DNA from: a virus
Lineage: Duplodnaviria; Heunggongvirae; Uroviricota; Caudoviricetes
IMG/VR virus record: IMGVR_UViG_3300014204_006651
Span: 16,416-80,415 of that record
Reading direction: 5' to 3' (one strand)
Length of the DNA: 64,000 nucleotides
Shown: positions 19,091 to 30,419 of the stretch, one piece after another
How positions within the stretch are numbered: the first letter of the stretch is position 1
Layout of the letters: each line of letters opens with the position of its first letter
Notes under the pieces: generated by a model
Told to the model about the DNA's origin: nothing
The model's database searches: none
The model's input: only the letters and a program-made list of their open reading frames with translations
Position numbers and translations under genes: made by a program

Positions 19091-19810
19091 ATGGATGAAA
19101 TATTTCCTTTAGTTAGTTGTCTGATGGTTACCAGAGCAGCTAATATGAAAATTATTGATGGTGCATTATATTCATATATTAATCAAACATATAAAAATAA
19201 GGAACTTATAATTGTACCTGATTGTGATGTAAAAAATTTAGATAATTTGAAACGTCATTTAGATAATTATAAAGACGAAAACATTAAATTAGTAGAATTA
19301 AAAGAAAAATTAATGTTGGGTTCATTAAGAAACGTATCTATTGATAATGCTTCTGGTGAATATTGTATTCAATGGGATGATGATGATTTATACCATGAAA
19401 GAAGAATTGAAATGCAATATCAAGAAATTATTAGTGGTGATTATGATTATTGCTTACTTAAAAATTTTATGATGTATTTTTATAATACATATTTATTATC
19501 AATAAACAGATGGTATGATGATAAGTTAGGTGGTCAACCACCATCAATTTTATTTAAAAAAGATATTAATTTTCGATATCCAAAAATTCCACTTCATGAA
19601 GATATTGCAATAGTAGAACGTACTGATTTGAAAAGATGTATACTTGACGATAAACCATATTTATATATTTATACATATCATGGAAATAATTGTTATGATT
19701 ATCAACACTATCTTAGTTTATATTCTGCAACAAAAATGACATTTGATATTGAAATTCTTGATCAGATTACTCCCTTACTTGATTATATATGTCTTAATTA
19801 CAGATTTTAA
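19091..19810 (+). CDS. GT2-like glycosyltransferase, tandem paralog 2
   Basis: The first 66 nt are essentially identical to gene 18357 (ATGGATGAAATATTTCCTTTAGTTAGTTGTCTGATGGTTACCAGAGCAGCTAATATGAAAATTAT). The rest is about 60-65% identical at the protein level. Confidence 0.45.
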   Translation: MDEIFPLVSCLMVTRAANMKIIDGALYSYINQTYKNKELIIVPDCDVKNLDNLKRHLDNYKDENIKLVELKEKLMLGSLRNVSIDNASGEYCIQWDDDDLYHERRIEMQYQEIISGDYDYCLLKNFMMYFYNTYLLSINRWYDDKLGGQPPSILFKKDINFRYPKIPLHEDIAIVERTDLKRCILDDKPYLYIYTYHGNNCYDYQHYLSLYSATKMTFDIEILDQITPLLDYICLNYRF

Positions 19811-19864
19811 TTATAACACACCAATCTTTTTTGTTTTATTGTATTTATATGAAACATTAAAATT

Positions 19865-22800
19865 GTGGGAAAAGTAAAAGTTGTAAATAACAATCTTAAT
19901 TCGAATTTAAACGGTACAAATTTTAATAATACTCCTTCTGAAACAATATTTTCATTTGGTAGGTTTTCGGTTACTTCGAATTTTGATAAAAGAGAACATG
20001 TTGATTATTCCACACAGTTAAGCACATTTGTTAATCCTGTTACTTTAGAAACTATGGGTATTTCAGATATACAATCTGAAATTTTATACAACTATTCAAC
20101 TAATGCTGTTTTAAACCTTGATAAATCTGATTTAAAAACTTTTGTTAAATTTGGTTCAGCATATGAATTTTTAAGAGTATCGATTGAAAACATTATTTTA
20201 AAATATCCCGGAAGTTTATTTTTAAGTTCAAAAGTTGCACAATTTGGAAATTATACAATTAGTGATTTTTCGTATGATTTAGTAACAAATACATCAATAT
20301 TTAAAATTCCAATTAATAGTATTATTAATAAATTCAATTTAATTTATAATTATGTTAATTTAACTGGTACTACCAACGAATCAAAAGATTTAAATATTTC
20401 ATATAATAATTATATAGTATGGTCATCAATTGATTCAGAAAATAATAATCATACAGTAATTGGTTATACTGGAAATACTTCTGGACAACAATATTTAACT
20501 GTTAAAGTAATTGGAAATCCATTTCCAACCATTACTGGCACAACTGGTTATATTGATTTTCATATTAAACCAAATAGTAATATTTTTGAAGAATTTAGAG
20601 CACAATTAAATGAATATGAAAAATATTTAATTTCTCAAAGGAATGGTGTAACTGGTTTTAAATGTACAATGAAAGACCCAACGTTGCTTGATGATGGAAA
20701 CGTTGTATATGTTGATACTACCATTTTATGGACAACTGCTGATCAATATAATATTGATATAGATACACCAAATTATAGAAAATTTTTAGAAATTATTCTA
20801 ACTATTGGTAGTAAATATGATTCGATTAAAACTGATTTAATTGCCAGATTTTTAACACCTCAATCAATTAAAACATATGATCTTACTGATCGTGGAAAAG
20901 TAACTAAATTATTAAGAATATATGGTAGAGAATTTGATGAATTAAGACAATTTATTGATTCTCTTGTTTATATTAATAAAGTTACATATAATAAAATTAA
21001 TAATGCTCCAGATCAAATTATAAAAAATCTTGCAAAAACATTTGGGTGGGATCATTTTTCATTGGTTAATGAAACTGAATTAGTTGATAGTATTTTATCT
21101 ATTGATGATCAAGAAAGAAATTTAAATACTGATTTAATTCCAGTAGAAATTGATATTGAACTTTGGCGAAGAATTATAATTAATACGAGTTATTTTTGGA
21201 AAAGTAAAGGTACTCGTGAAGCAATAAAATCAATATTTTTAATAATAGGTATACCCGAACCGTTTATTAATATTACAGAATATATTTATACTGTTGAAGG
21301 TAAAATAAATCCAAATACTGTTCCTTTAACTACAACCGATTTTCCTTCAAATTCATTACCTTATGATACTGAAGGATATCCAATTGCACCAATAGAAACG
21401 AATAATTTTTATTTTCAAATGTCCGGGAATACCGATAGTGGTCAAGCATATCTTGATGTATTTCGTTTAGCTGGTTTTAATTTACTTCAGACTATTGATA
21501 ATAAAAAATCATGGATACAAACTGGTGCAACAATAAGACAACACTATTTAACTCCACAGTATTATCAAGAAGATAGTAAATTAGTTATTAATACTAAAGA
21601 GATTGATGTTTCTTTAGATGTTGCACGTGGTATTGAATATGATGTATATCAATACATAAAAAATGTTGATTTTCCAGCAAATTCTGCAGGATATGTACTT
21701 TCATATAATTATGTTAATATTTCTTTGGGTGTAGGTACACAACAAAATACGTTCACAATTCCTTTTAAATCTGAAGGAGATATTGAAGTTCGTTTTAATG
21801 GAATATTATTAAATGCTCCTAAAACCGGAACGACCACAGGAATAACTTATCAAGCCGATTATATGATTTCTGGTAATTCAATTGTTTTAGCGAATGGTAT
21901 ATATGCCAGAAATGTTGGAAATCGTAGGGATGTTGTGCAAATAACCCAATTATATACTGGTTCAACAGCAACTCCATTGTCTGGAATTACTGTACAGTAT
22001 ATGGTCACAAGAATTAATGCAAGTATGTCAGGTACTGTTATTCCATTACCAACATATGCAAGTGGTGATGTACAACTAACTGTTAATGGTATTTCACTTA
22101 CAAAAGGAACTGGTCAATTTAATGCAGATTATATTGTTGATCCAAATAATACTAATCAACTTATTATTCAAAATCCGGAAGTTATTTCGTACTTAGCTGT
22201 TAATCCAATGATTCAAGTCGCTTATGTGACTGTTAGTGGTAATACAACCATTGCTGCAAGAAGTGAAGTTTTAAGAATTGATAGTTTTAATAGTGGAAAA
22301 ATATATTATAATAATTCTGCAAATAAATATGTTTATAAATTAAATTATAAACTTAATAATGCCAACGAAGTTAAGATTTTAATTGATGGTATTGGATTAG
22401 AACCAAATACTGACTATACTTTAAATACAGGGAATCCATATGAAATTTATTTACCAAGAGGATTAAAATACGGGAGTGTAATTAGTGCATATTATCTTAT
22501 TGGTGGTACAGATTACTTTGCTCCGGTAATTGGAGAAAGTTTTGGTATTGGCGATATTAGTCAATTATCATTTCTTGAATTTCTTATATTAATGGAACAG
22601 AGAATGATAAATGCAACAAATAGGAAAACTGTTACCGATAGTAAAGGTGGTTGGTATCCAACATTATTAAGAGTATATATTGATTATCTTAATAGATCAA
22701 AACTTCCATTAAGTGATTCATTACATTCAAATGGTTATACTTTTGAAAATTTATATCCATTTTTAAGTAAATATAATGCGTTCTTTCAAAGATTTATTGA

Positions 22801-23596
22801 TCAATTATTATCAGCAACTATCATTCTAAGAAAATCTGGTTTGCTGGTTAGAAATAGTATATTTACTAAACAAAAATTTACATACAAACGTGGTGTTAAT
22901 ATGGGTGCTATTGTTAGTCGCACTTCAGATGGATATACTGTTTTTGAAGAAGATTCAAATTTATTTTATTTTGGTGACGATGGTAGCATATTTTTAAAAA
23001 GACCATTATCTAAAAATATTGAATGGACTGAAGATAATGTTAAAATTGTTAATTTATGTACAAATTTTATTGTAAGTGGAATTACAATTACATATCCTGT
23101 AACAACAACCACAACAACTGCTACACCGTTTAGTTCAACAATTATGTTGTATCAAACGAATTTTATACAAAACTCAATTAATTCAAATAAAGGAATATAT
23201 AGATTGGTGGAATATAATCTAAGATTTAATCCAGACATACCGCCTTCATATGCAGTTACATTTAATCTTAATTTTGAAATTATATTAAGTGGATTAACAA
23301 ATCCAACATATGGTGAACATACTGCAAAAATAACAATTCGTAAAAATTCAACTCAAATTGGTAATGTAATTTTATATCAAAATGATGGAACTTATTATTT
23401 AACTGGTACTACAGTTACAGTAATTAATAGTGAATCATTATTTATTGTTTTAGAAAATACTGCAACAGCAAATGGAATAAATCCAATTAGTTCAAAAACA
23501 ATATTAACCCCAATGGTTTCAAACGTTGCACCAAGTATGGGCGAATTTACGATTATTCCACCTTATGTTGAAACAATTCCAATTAATGTACCATAA
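19865..23596 (+). CDS. large tail-fibre/baseplate-distal structural protein
   Basis: 1243 aa, rich in Asn/Thr/Ser, with a VTTTTTTATPFSS linker. It is preceded by the promoter motif at 19841. The GTG start is uncertain. Confidence 0.5.
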   Translation: MGKVKVVNNNLNSNLNGTNFNNTPSETIFSFGRFSVTSNFDKREHVDYSTQLSTFVNPVTLETMGISDIQSEILYNYSTNAVLNLDKSDLKTFVKFGSAYEFLRVSIENIILKYPGSLFLSSKVAQFGNYTISDFSYDLVTNTSIFKIPINSIINKFNLIYNYVNLTGTTNESKDLNISYNNYIVWSSIDSENNNHTVIGYTGNTSGQQYLTVKVIGNPFPTITGTTGYIDFHIKPNSNIFEEFRAQLNEYEKYLISQRNGVTGFKCTMKDPTLLDDGNVVYVDTTILWTTADQYNIDIDTPNYRKFLEIILTIGSKYDSIKTDLIARFLTPQSIKTYDLTDRGKVTKLLRIYGREFDELRQFIDSLVYINKVTYNKINNAPDQIIKNLAKTFGWDHFSLVNETELVDSILSIDDQERNLNTDLIPVEIDIELWRRIIINTSYFWKSKGTREAIKSIFLIIGIPEPFINITEYIYTVEGKINPNTVPLTTTDFPSNSLPYDTEGYPIAPIETNNFYFQMSGNTDSGQAYLDVFRLAGFNLLQTIDNKKSWIQTGATIRQHYLTPQYYQEDSKLVINTKEIDVSLDVARGIEYDVYQYIKNVDFPANSAGYVLSYNYVNISLGVGTQQNTFTIPFKSEGDIEVRFNGILLNAPKTGTTTGITYQADYMISGNSIVLANGIYARNVGNRRDVVQITQLYTGSTATPLSGITVQYMVTRINASMSGTVIPLPTYASGDVQLTVNGISLTKGTGQFNADYIVDPNNTNQLIIQNPEVISYLAVNPMIQVAYVTVSGNTTIAARSEVLRIDSFNSGKIYYNNSANKYVYKLNYKLNNANEVKILIDGIGLEPNTDYTLNTGNPYEIYLPRGLKYGSVISAYYLIGGTDYFAPVIGESFGIGDISQLSFLEFLILMEQRMINATNRKTVTDSKGGWYPTLLRVYIDYLNRSKLPLSDSLHSNGYTFENLYPFLSKYNAFFQRFIDQLLSATIILRKSGLLVRNSIFTKQKFTYKRGVNMGAIVSRTSDGYTVFEEDSNLFYFGDDGSIFLKRPLSKNIEWTEDNVKIVNLCTNFIVSGITITYPVTTTTTTATPFSSTIMLYQTNFIQNSINSNKGIYRLVEYNLRFNPDIPPSYAVTFNLNFEIILSGLTNPTYGEHTAKITIRKNSTQIGNVILYQNDGTYYLTGTTVTVINSESLFIVLENTATANGINPISSKTILTPMVSNVAPSMGEFTIIPPYVETIPINVP

Positions 23597-23607
23597 AAAA
23601 ATTAAAA

Positions 23608-24522
23608 ATGAAAATATTAGTAGTATTACCGGATCATAGTTACTTCTTATGGCAAATGCTTGTTCAAATTAATAATTTTAGAAAATTTGATATGGAAAAT
23701 GATGCCATTTTTTTAATTGGAAAAAGATCAATTGAATTAAGTAAAACTCTTATGAAAATTTTAAATGGAAACATAAAAAGTGAATTTCATGTTATAAACG
23801 ATACCAGAGAAAATCCACAATATTCTTCTTCAATGAGACCTCATATATTAGCCAAATTTTTCGATGAACATCCAGAAATGGAACATCAAACATTTTTATA
23901 TATTGATCCCGATGTATTATTTACTAAAAAATTTAAAACTGGTAATTTAGAAAAAACAAATACTTGGTATTTAAGTGATACACGTTCATATATTGATAGT
24001 CGATACATTAAAAGTAAAAGCGAAACATTGTTTTATGAAATGTGTAATATTGTAAATATTGATCCAAAAATTGTAGAAGATAATGATGAAAATGCAGGTG
24101 GTGCTCAATATGTTATGAAAAATGTTAGTACTGATTTTTGGAAAAAAGTTGAATGGGATAGTGAAAATTTATTTATTCATATGATAAATACATCACATAA
24201 ATATTCACCGGAACATCCAATACAAGCATGGACTGCTGATATGTGGGCAGTTTTATGGAATGCGTGGCTTTTTAAACATGAAACTAAAATAATGAAAAAT
24301 TTAAATTTTTCATGGGCAACTGACCCAATAGAAAGATGGAATGAAACAACTATTTTTCATAATGCAGGTGCAGTTATAAATAATGGTATTCATTTTTTAA
24401 AAACTAAATATCAGGTTTCACCATTTAATAAGGAAATTAAATGTAGTGATGAATATTGTGGATATAATTACCTTAAAGAAATAAAAGAAACTGAAAAAAC
24501 ATTTTCAAAAATATTATTTTAA
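23608..24522 (+). CDS. putative nucleotide-sugar transferase (DxD motif)
   Basis: FLYIDPDVLF has a DxD within a hydrophobic context typical of GT-A transferases. The assignment is weak. Confidence 0.35.
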   Translation: MKILVVLPDHSYFLWQMLVQINNFRKFDMENDAIFLIGKRSIELSKTLMKILNGNIKSEFHVINDTRENPQYSSSMRPHILAKFFDEHPEMEHQTFLYIDPDVLFTKKFKTGNLEKTNTWYLSDTRSYIDSRYIKSKSETLFYEMCNIVNIDPKIVEDNDENAGGAQYVMKNVSTDFWKKVEWDSENLFIHMINTSHKYSPEHPIQAWTADMWAVLWNAWLFKHETKIMKNLNFSWATDPIERWNETTIFHNAGAVINNGIHFLKTKYQVSPFNKEIKCSDEYCGYNYLKEIKETEKTFSKILF

Positions 24523-24524
24523 TC

Positions 24525-26855
24525 ATGAAAGATAATGCAAGAAAATACATATTAAAAACAAGTGAAATAATTAGTTGTGGAATTGGAACTAATTATACAA
24601 ATGTTACTTGTAATAGTTTATTGAATTCATTTACGTTAGATGATGTTAATACATGCTGTATTTGTTGTATCAATACTTCCACATGTGGTTGTGAAGTAAT
24701 AAATTCATATCCTGCAATTACTACAGAACAATTATCATCATTATCAGTAATTGATTATGATAGAAGAGTTATTGATTTTTTAGATAATTTTCAAATCGAA
24801 AGTGAAATAACAAAAGAAAATTTATTTAATAATGCAAGTTATTATAATCCAACATATTATGCTGAACTTAATTTATTAAATTCAGATTTTATTGTTTATA
24901 AAATTTTTGATAATGGAATTCGAATAATTAATGCTGGTCAAGCAAATGGTATATTGGAATATAGAGTATCTGGTGTAACGTATAATTCAGGATGGCAAAC
25001 CAATCCTTCATTTTTTGGTTTAGATTATAATAAAATATATAATTTTGAAATTCGTGATTTTTATAATAATATTGAAATATATAAATATTCAAAATTAGTT
25101 TCACTAAATTATATATTGGCAAGTACAACAACAACATTACCAATTAAAACAATTAAACTTACACAAACTGGCACATATAAGAATAATGCTTATTGTAGTA
25201 AATATGGTGTGATAACAGTAACACCACCATTAATTGTTGGTGAAACAATAACATTAAATATTCTTGCAAATGCATTAACTATTGGTAATGGTGGATCATC
25301 TTCAATATTTTTCAATTGTGATACAACAACTACACCATTTTGTAAAATTAATTCATATGAAGTTGAAAAAGTTGGTGAATTAACTTATTCATATGGTACA
25401 ACTTTAAAATATACTATTCAAGCTAATTGTGGTACTTATGGTTCACAATCAACAGCTAATTTTTGTTTAAAAACAATTAATGGTTATGGAACATTTACAC
25501 CAACAATAGATTCTACAAGTTGTTCTGTTAATATAACTGTTAATGTACAACCTTTAAATATTACAATGAGTTTTGGTACTCCAACATCAAAAATTTCAAC
25601 AACTACTGATTGTGTTATTTGTGGTTCATTTATCATGTCACCAGTAATACCTGCAGGTGAATGTATTAATATTCATTTAACGGGTATTAATCCAGTACAG
25701 GGCGGTACATCAACAACTTATATTATTTGTAAACCTTCGGGTGGCATTGAAACACCTATTGTTACATTAAATAGTTCATCATTACAATTTCCAATTGTTA
25801 ATATGAAATACGGTGATATTATGAAATATTGTATGTTGTTAAATGTTCCAAGTGCAGGATATTGTGCTTCTGGAATATTGAATTTAATTTGTGGTGATGG
25901 TTCTATTGGTGTTAATCCTTCAGTAACAATCGCAACAAGTAGTACTTGTTGTTATTGTTCTTGTAGTGATGTAGGTAGTTGTTGTATTAATAAAACGATT
26001 AATATTCCCAATGTTCCAATATCCATTGCTCTTTGTGCACTTGCTGGTGGTAATAATAGTGAAAATGGAAATATTACAATTACTCCTGCAATGACATATG
26101 CAACACAATATGCAACAGTAATTTATAATCTTACTCAGGCTTCTGTTTGGGGTGGATCAAGTACTTTCACATTAAATTGTAAACCAAAAGGCAGTGCAAA
26201 TTATGTTCAAAAAATATTACATACGACTACTTCAGTAAATGGTGAAAATAATACAAATACATTTACTGGATCATTTACAATAAATCAGGGTGATGCGTTC
26301 ACATATTGTACATTAGTTTATGGTAATAATTGTTCATGTAGTGATTTTTGTATGACTTCAGTACTTGGTAGTATTGGAATAATTCCTTCAATTAATTCTA
26401 CAAAATATAGAAGTTGTCGTAGTCTTTATACTGCTCCGGTTTCGAAAGTAGTTTCACTTTGTAGTATAAATGGTTGTATTGGTTGGGAAGCTGGTTGTTT
26501 TTGTATAACACCTGTCATGAGTAATAATTGTCAAAGTATTGATATTTATTATAAACTTACTGAATTTGTTAATAATGGTACAAATACTGTTAATATTTGT
26601 TGTGCTTCAAGTAGCTCTGGTTGTTCTATACCTGTTATTAAATGTACACATACTTTAACAAATTCAAACACTTATGGAAATAATTATACTGGTTGTATTA
26701 GAGTTTGTTGTGGTGATATATTAACTTATTTTATGTGTACAACTGGACAAGCTGGTTCATGTAATGATTTATGTATTTGTAAATTAACAAGTAGTCCTGA
26801 TATTACTGCAACAATTTCATCAACATGTTGGAGAAAATGTTACGTAAAATCATAA
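24525..26855 (+). CDS. Cys-rich, Thr-rich fibre-like structural protein
   Basis: 776 aa with more than 60 Cys, including a CCICCINTSTCGCEV cluster, plus a TTTTLPIKT linker. Its start overlaps the upstream stop. Confidence 0.5.
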   Translation: MKDNARKYILKTSEIISCGIGTNYTNVTCNSLLNSFTLDDVNTCCICCINTSTCGCEVINSYPAITTEQLSSLSVIDYDRRVIDFLDNFQIESEITKENLFNNASYYNPTYYAELNLLNSDFIVYKIFDNGIRIINAGQANGILEYRVSGVTYNSGWQTNPSFFGLDYNKIYNFEIRDFYNNIEIYKYSKLVSLNYILASTTTTLPIKTIKLTQTGTYKNNAYCSKYGVITVTPPLIVGETITLNILANALTIGNGGSSSIFFNCDTTTTPFCKINSYEVEKVGELTYSYGTTLKYTIQANCGTYGSQSTANFCLKTINGYGTFTPTIDSTSCSVNITVNVQPLNITMSFGTPTSKISTTTDCVICGSFIMSPVIPAGECINIHLTGINPVQGGTSTTYIICKPSGGIETPIVTLNSSSLQFPIVNMKYGDIMKYCMLLNVPSAGYCASGILNLICGDGSIGVNPSVTIATSSTCCYCSCSDVGSCCINKTINIPNVPISIALCALAGGNNSENGNITITPAMTYATQYATVIYNLTQASVWGGSSTFTLNCKPKGSANYVQKILHTTTSVNGENNTNTFTGSFTINQGDAFTYCTLVYGNNCSCSDFCMTSVLGSIGIIPSINSTKYRSCRSLYTAPVSKVVSLCSINGCIGWEAGCFCITPVMSNNCQSIDIYYKLTEFVNNGTNTVNICCASSSSGCSIPVIKCTHTLTNSNTYGNNYTGCIRVCCGDILTYFMCTTGQAGSCNDLCICKLTSSPDITATISSTCWRKCYVKS

Positions 26856-26893
26856 ATTAAAATTAATTGTATTTATGTTAAAGTCTAAATAAA

Positions 26894-29182
26894 ATGGCAT
26901 TTATTGATAAAAAAGACCCTGTAGTACTTAATATTAAATTAACTTCAAAAGGTAGGGAGTTATTAGCTAAAGGATTATTAAATTTTAAATATTTTATTAT
27001 TGGTGATAGTGAAATTGATTATGAATTTAATGGTTCAAAAAATGATGATGATTATATTAATCCATTTTATTCAAATATTTTAAGACCTGCAGATAAAAAC
27101 CCAAATATTATTTCTTTTATAACTAAAAATTTATCTGGTGATAAATACAACACAATTTCAAGTATTCCAGTAACACCAACGAAAATTAGTAACACAATAC
27201 AACCTCTTGGATTTTTTAATATATCAAATAATAGTACAAATTTTCTTACAGATACTGATCATGTTAAACAACCGGATGTTATGATTGAAATTTCTGGAGT
27301 TACTGGTGGAACAATAATTTCTGGTATAACATATAATTTTTTAAAATTAAAAAAATCGCCAACATATGTGGCAAATGTTAATGAACCAACAATTGGTGAT
27401 TTAATTTTAGTTAAATGGACAAATCCTTATGGAATTAATACTACGGGATATACTGTTAATATAAATAGTCCAACACCATATATAATTTATAAAATTCAGG
27501 AAATTGTTTCAGGAAAATTATCTACCGATAATTTAAAAATAATTGTGGATAGAGAATTACCTAATTTTACCGGAATAACTGGTGGTTCAAATACTATTGT
27601 TGCAGGTGCATTGATTTATTATAATTATCTTAATTTTACTGGTGAAACAGCGTATACAAATTATTCTACTGATTTTGTTGATGAAAGTGTTTTATCATTT
27701 TTACAAAATTGTCAATGTCCAACAATTACTTTTCCATTTTGGAATATGTCAATAATTTATACTGATGAAATTATTGGTGTTCAAAACGACAATAAAACAT
27801 TTAAAAGTTTTAATTCAAATGCTTATGGTGGTTTTGTGTCTTATATTCAAAATCAAGCAAAAAATGATGTAAATTATAAAAAGAAATTAGGAGTAATTCA
27901 TTATTCAAATTCTTCACCATCTAATACATATGCTGAAGAATTTTCAATGGTAAATGCAACTAAATTACCAACATTATATTTACCGACAATAATGTGGCAT
28001 AAATCAACGGGCAGTACAATGGGTTTAATTTTAAAACCAACTGGTTCTGTAAAATTAGTGACAGGTGCTACAACATCATTAAATACACCCTATTACGATT
28101 TAGTTGATGAAAGTGGTAATGTTGTCGGTAAAATATTTAACGATCTTAAAATATTTGTTATTGAAGATCAGGAATTATTATTTGCAATGTCATATAAATC
28201 AAATAGATCGTGGACATTACCTGATTATACTGTTGGTGTAAATGATAATATTTTAGTTGGTTGTCTTGATTGTACTATTGATTATTTAACTGGTGTTACA
28301 ATACCTACAAAAATTAGTTATGCTGATGCTAAATTATATATTTCAGGTATTACTGGTACTATTCCTGTAGATGAAGGTGATTCAATATTGATTCTTTCTG
28401 TTAGTGGAACAAGTGGATATGTTTATTTCCATCCAATTACTGGAGATACTATAGTAACTGGTTTAACTTCTGGAAATTATGAAATAATGCTTTATGATAC
28501 GGCTGCTGCTAATTGTCCAGTAAAACTAATTACAATTTTAAATCCAACAAGTTATTTAAATTTTACATCAGTTTTACGTAATCCAATTGATTTAAATCCG
28601 GATTTTGGAATTAATTATGTAACTACACCTACAAATATTCGTGTATTATATAATGATATTGGTAAAATTTATGGTAAAGCATTAATAGCTGTTGCACCAT
28701 ATAGTGAAATTTCTGCTGCACCAGTTTCAAGTAGTTCGAGTTGGAAAACATTTCCAACAATTGGTTATGCATCATGGACAACTGAACTTGTTTATAAAAA
28801 TTCATATTCATTTTATTTACGAGATAGTGGTACTACTGCGGGTACTTTTACTATAAAAAAAGATTATGTTCTAATTCCTAATCCATTTAATTCCGCATTT
28901 ACGGTATCTGGTCAATTAGTAGATGCTGGTGGTAAATATGTAAGGGTTACCAATTATAAAAATACTGATTATTTAACAATAATTCCATCGGTGGTTATTG
29001 CAGAAATTAGTATATATAAATCAAATTCAGTTCCTGTTGTATGGGAAACAGTTGTATCAAGCAATTCTCAAAAAATATATCCTAAAGATGGTGCTGGTAT
29101 ATATAAAATAGCATTGAGAGTAAGAAAAAATAAAATAACACAATTTGTAACTACTTATAGTAATACAATAATAATTACTTAA
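26894..29182 (+). CDS. fibre-like structural protein
   Basis: 762 aa, preceded by the promoter motif at 26869. Confidence 0.5.
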   Translation: MAFIDKKDPVVLNIKLTSKGRELLAKGLLNFKYFIIGDSEIDYEFNGSKNDDDYINPFYSNILRPADKNPNIISFITKNLSGDKYNTISSIPVTPTKISNTIQPLGFFNISNNSTNFLTDTDHVKQPDVMIEISGVTGGTIISGITYNFLKLKKSPTYVANVNEPTIGDLILVKWTNPYGINTTGYTVNINSPTPYIIYKIQEIVSGKLSTDNLKIIVDRELPNFTGITGGSNTIVAGALIYYNYLNFTGETAYTNYSTDFVDESVLSFLQNCQCPTITFPFWNMSIIYTDEIIGVQNDNKTFKSFNSNAYGGFVSYIQNQAKNDVNYKKKLGVIHYSNSSPSNTYAEEFSMVNATKLPTLYLPTIMWHKSTGSTMGLILKPTGSVKLVTGATTSLNTPYYDLVDESGNVVGKIFNDLKIFVIEDQELLFAMSYKSNRSWTLPDYTVGVNDNILVGCLDCTIDYLTGVTIPTKISYADAKLYISGITGTIPVDEGDSILILSVSGTSGYVYFHPITGDTIVTGLTSGNYEIMLYDTAAANCPVKLITILNPTSYLNFTSVLRNPIDLNPDFGINYVTTPTNIRVLYNDIGKIYGKALIAVAPYSEISAAPVSSSSSWKTFPTIGYASWTTELVYKNSYSFYLRDSGTTAGTFTIKKDYVLIPNPFNSAFTVSGQLVDAGGKYVRVTNYKNTDYLTIIPSVVIAEISIYKSNSVPVVWETVVSSNSQKIYPKDGAGIYKIALRVRKNKITQFVTTYSNTIIIT

Positions 29183-29184
29183 TT

Positions 29185-30408
29185 ATGTCAAGTATTCAAT
29201 ATAAAATTTGTGGTAATAAACCACCATTTCTTGCACAAGTTTGGAACTGTACAGAAACAACAATTATTCAACAAAAAGGTGTTGATTTTTCTGGTACTTG
29301 TGTAGTATTTAATGGATTATCTCCAAGTACATGGCATTGTGTAAAAACAATTGATAATATTGGTAAAGTAATTGGTTTTAGTTGCTGTACTTGTGCAGCA
29401 ATCATTCCTAAAGTTTTAGTTTCAAAAACATTATCATTATATGGTACAGTTTCCAATATTTCAACATCAAGTACTATTGTTGGAACAAGAACACTTAATA
29501 TAAATCCTGTGTTGGTTGCAAGTGATGATTATTCAGTTAAATTTAATATTATAACTTGTGATAAAGGAAACACTTCAAATCTTGTTAGGTTATATTGTAA
29601 TGGTACTGCTTTAAGTCCATATTATTTAAACACGAATAATACTTGTTCTCGTACTCTTTCTTTAAATTATGGTGATACTTTAACGTATGATATGGCTACA
29701 ACATTAACCAATACTTCAACAACTGTTGGTTGTGGTTGTGCAATACTTCAAATTGTTAGTGGTGCAAGTAGTGCATTTCAACCAGTGGTTTCTACAACCG
29801 CTTATTGTAAAAAAACATCTCTAACCTTGGCTTCAACAACTACTACTACTACTACTACTACAACTGCTGCCCCATCATTAATATATGTTGGATTTACAAT
29901 ACCACATATTAATATTAATAGTAGTATTGAAAAATCATATTATACAACATTAAAAACATCAAGACCATTAATTGAAGGACAATCATTTAAATTAAAAATA
30001 AATTCATTTGCACTTGTTGATGCACATGATGCATTATTTCATAAATCAAGCGCATGTGTAGCATATTATTTAAATACTGTAAAACAAGTATGTGGTGAAG
30101 TAGTTAAGATAGTTAATAATTCCGGATATGCCCATTCACCTTTAAATGCAATTTCATATATTACGATAAATAATTGTAATATTAATAATTTTATTTTTTG
30201 TGTTAATGCTTGTGGCAATGTTGGAAATACTCAAACTTGTAGTAGTGGAATAATTCAAATTCAAGGAATTTCAGAAATGGTCGGTGGTTGTTTCACATAT
30301 AATTCAAATTCTCAAGATTATCGTACATTTGTAAAAGCAGAATATAAGAGTGATCCTTTTAATCTTGATGATCCATATCCATCAGGTGCAATACCAACAC
30401 CAGAATAA
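29185..30408 (+). CDS. Cys-rich fibre-like protein with a poly-Thr linker
   Basis: 407 aa with ASTTTTTTTTTTAAPS and many Cys. Confidence 0.5.
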   Translation: MSSIQYKICGNKPPFLAQVWNCTETTIIQQKGVDFSGTCVVFNGLSPSTWHCVKTIDNIGKVIGFSCCTCAAIIPKVLVSKTLSLYGTVSNISTSSTIVGTRTLNINPVLVASDDYSVKFNIITCDKGNTSNLVRLYCNGTALSPYYLNTNNTCSRTLSLNYGDTLTYDMATTLTNTSTTVGCGCAILQIVSGASSAFQPVVSTTAYCKKTSLTLASTTTTTTTTTTAAPSLIYVGFTIPHININSSIEKSYYTTLKTSRPLIEGQSFKLKINSFALVDAHDALFHKSSACVAYYLNTVKQVCGEVVKIVNNSGYAHSPLNAISYITINNCNINNFIFCVNACGNVGNTQTCSSGIIQIQGISEMVGGCFTYNSNSQDYRTFVKAEYKSDPFNLDDPYPSGAIPTPE

Positions 30409-30419
30409 AATTAAAATAA

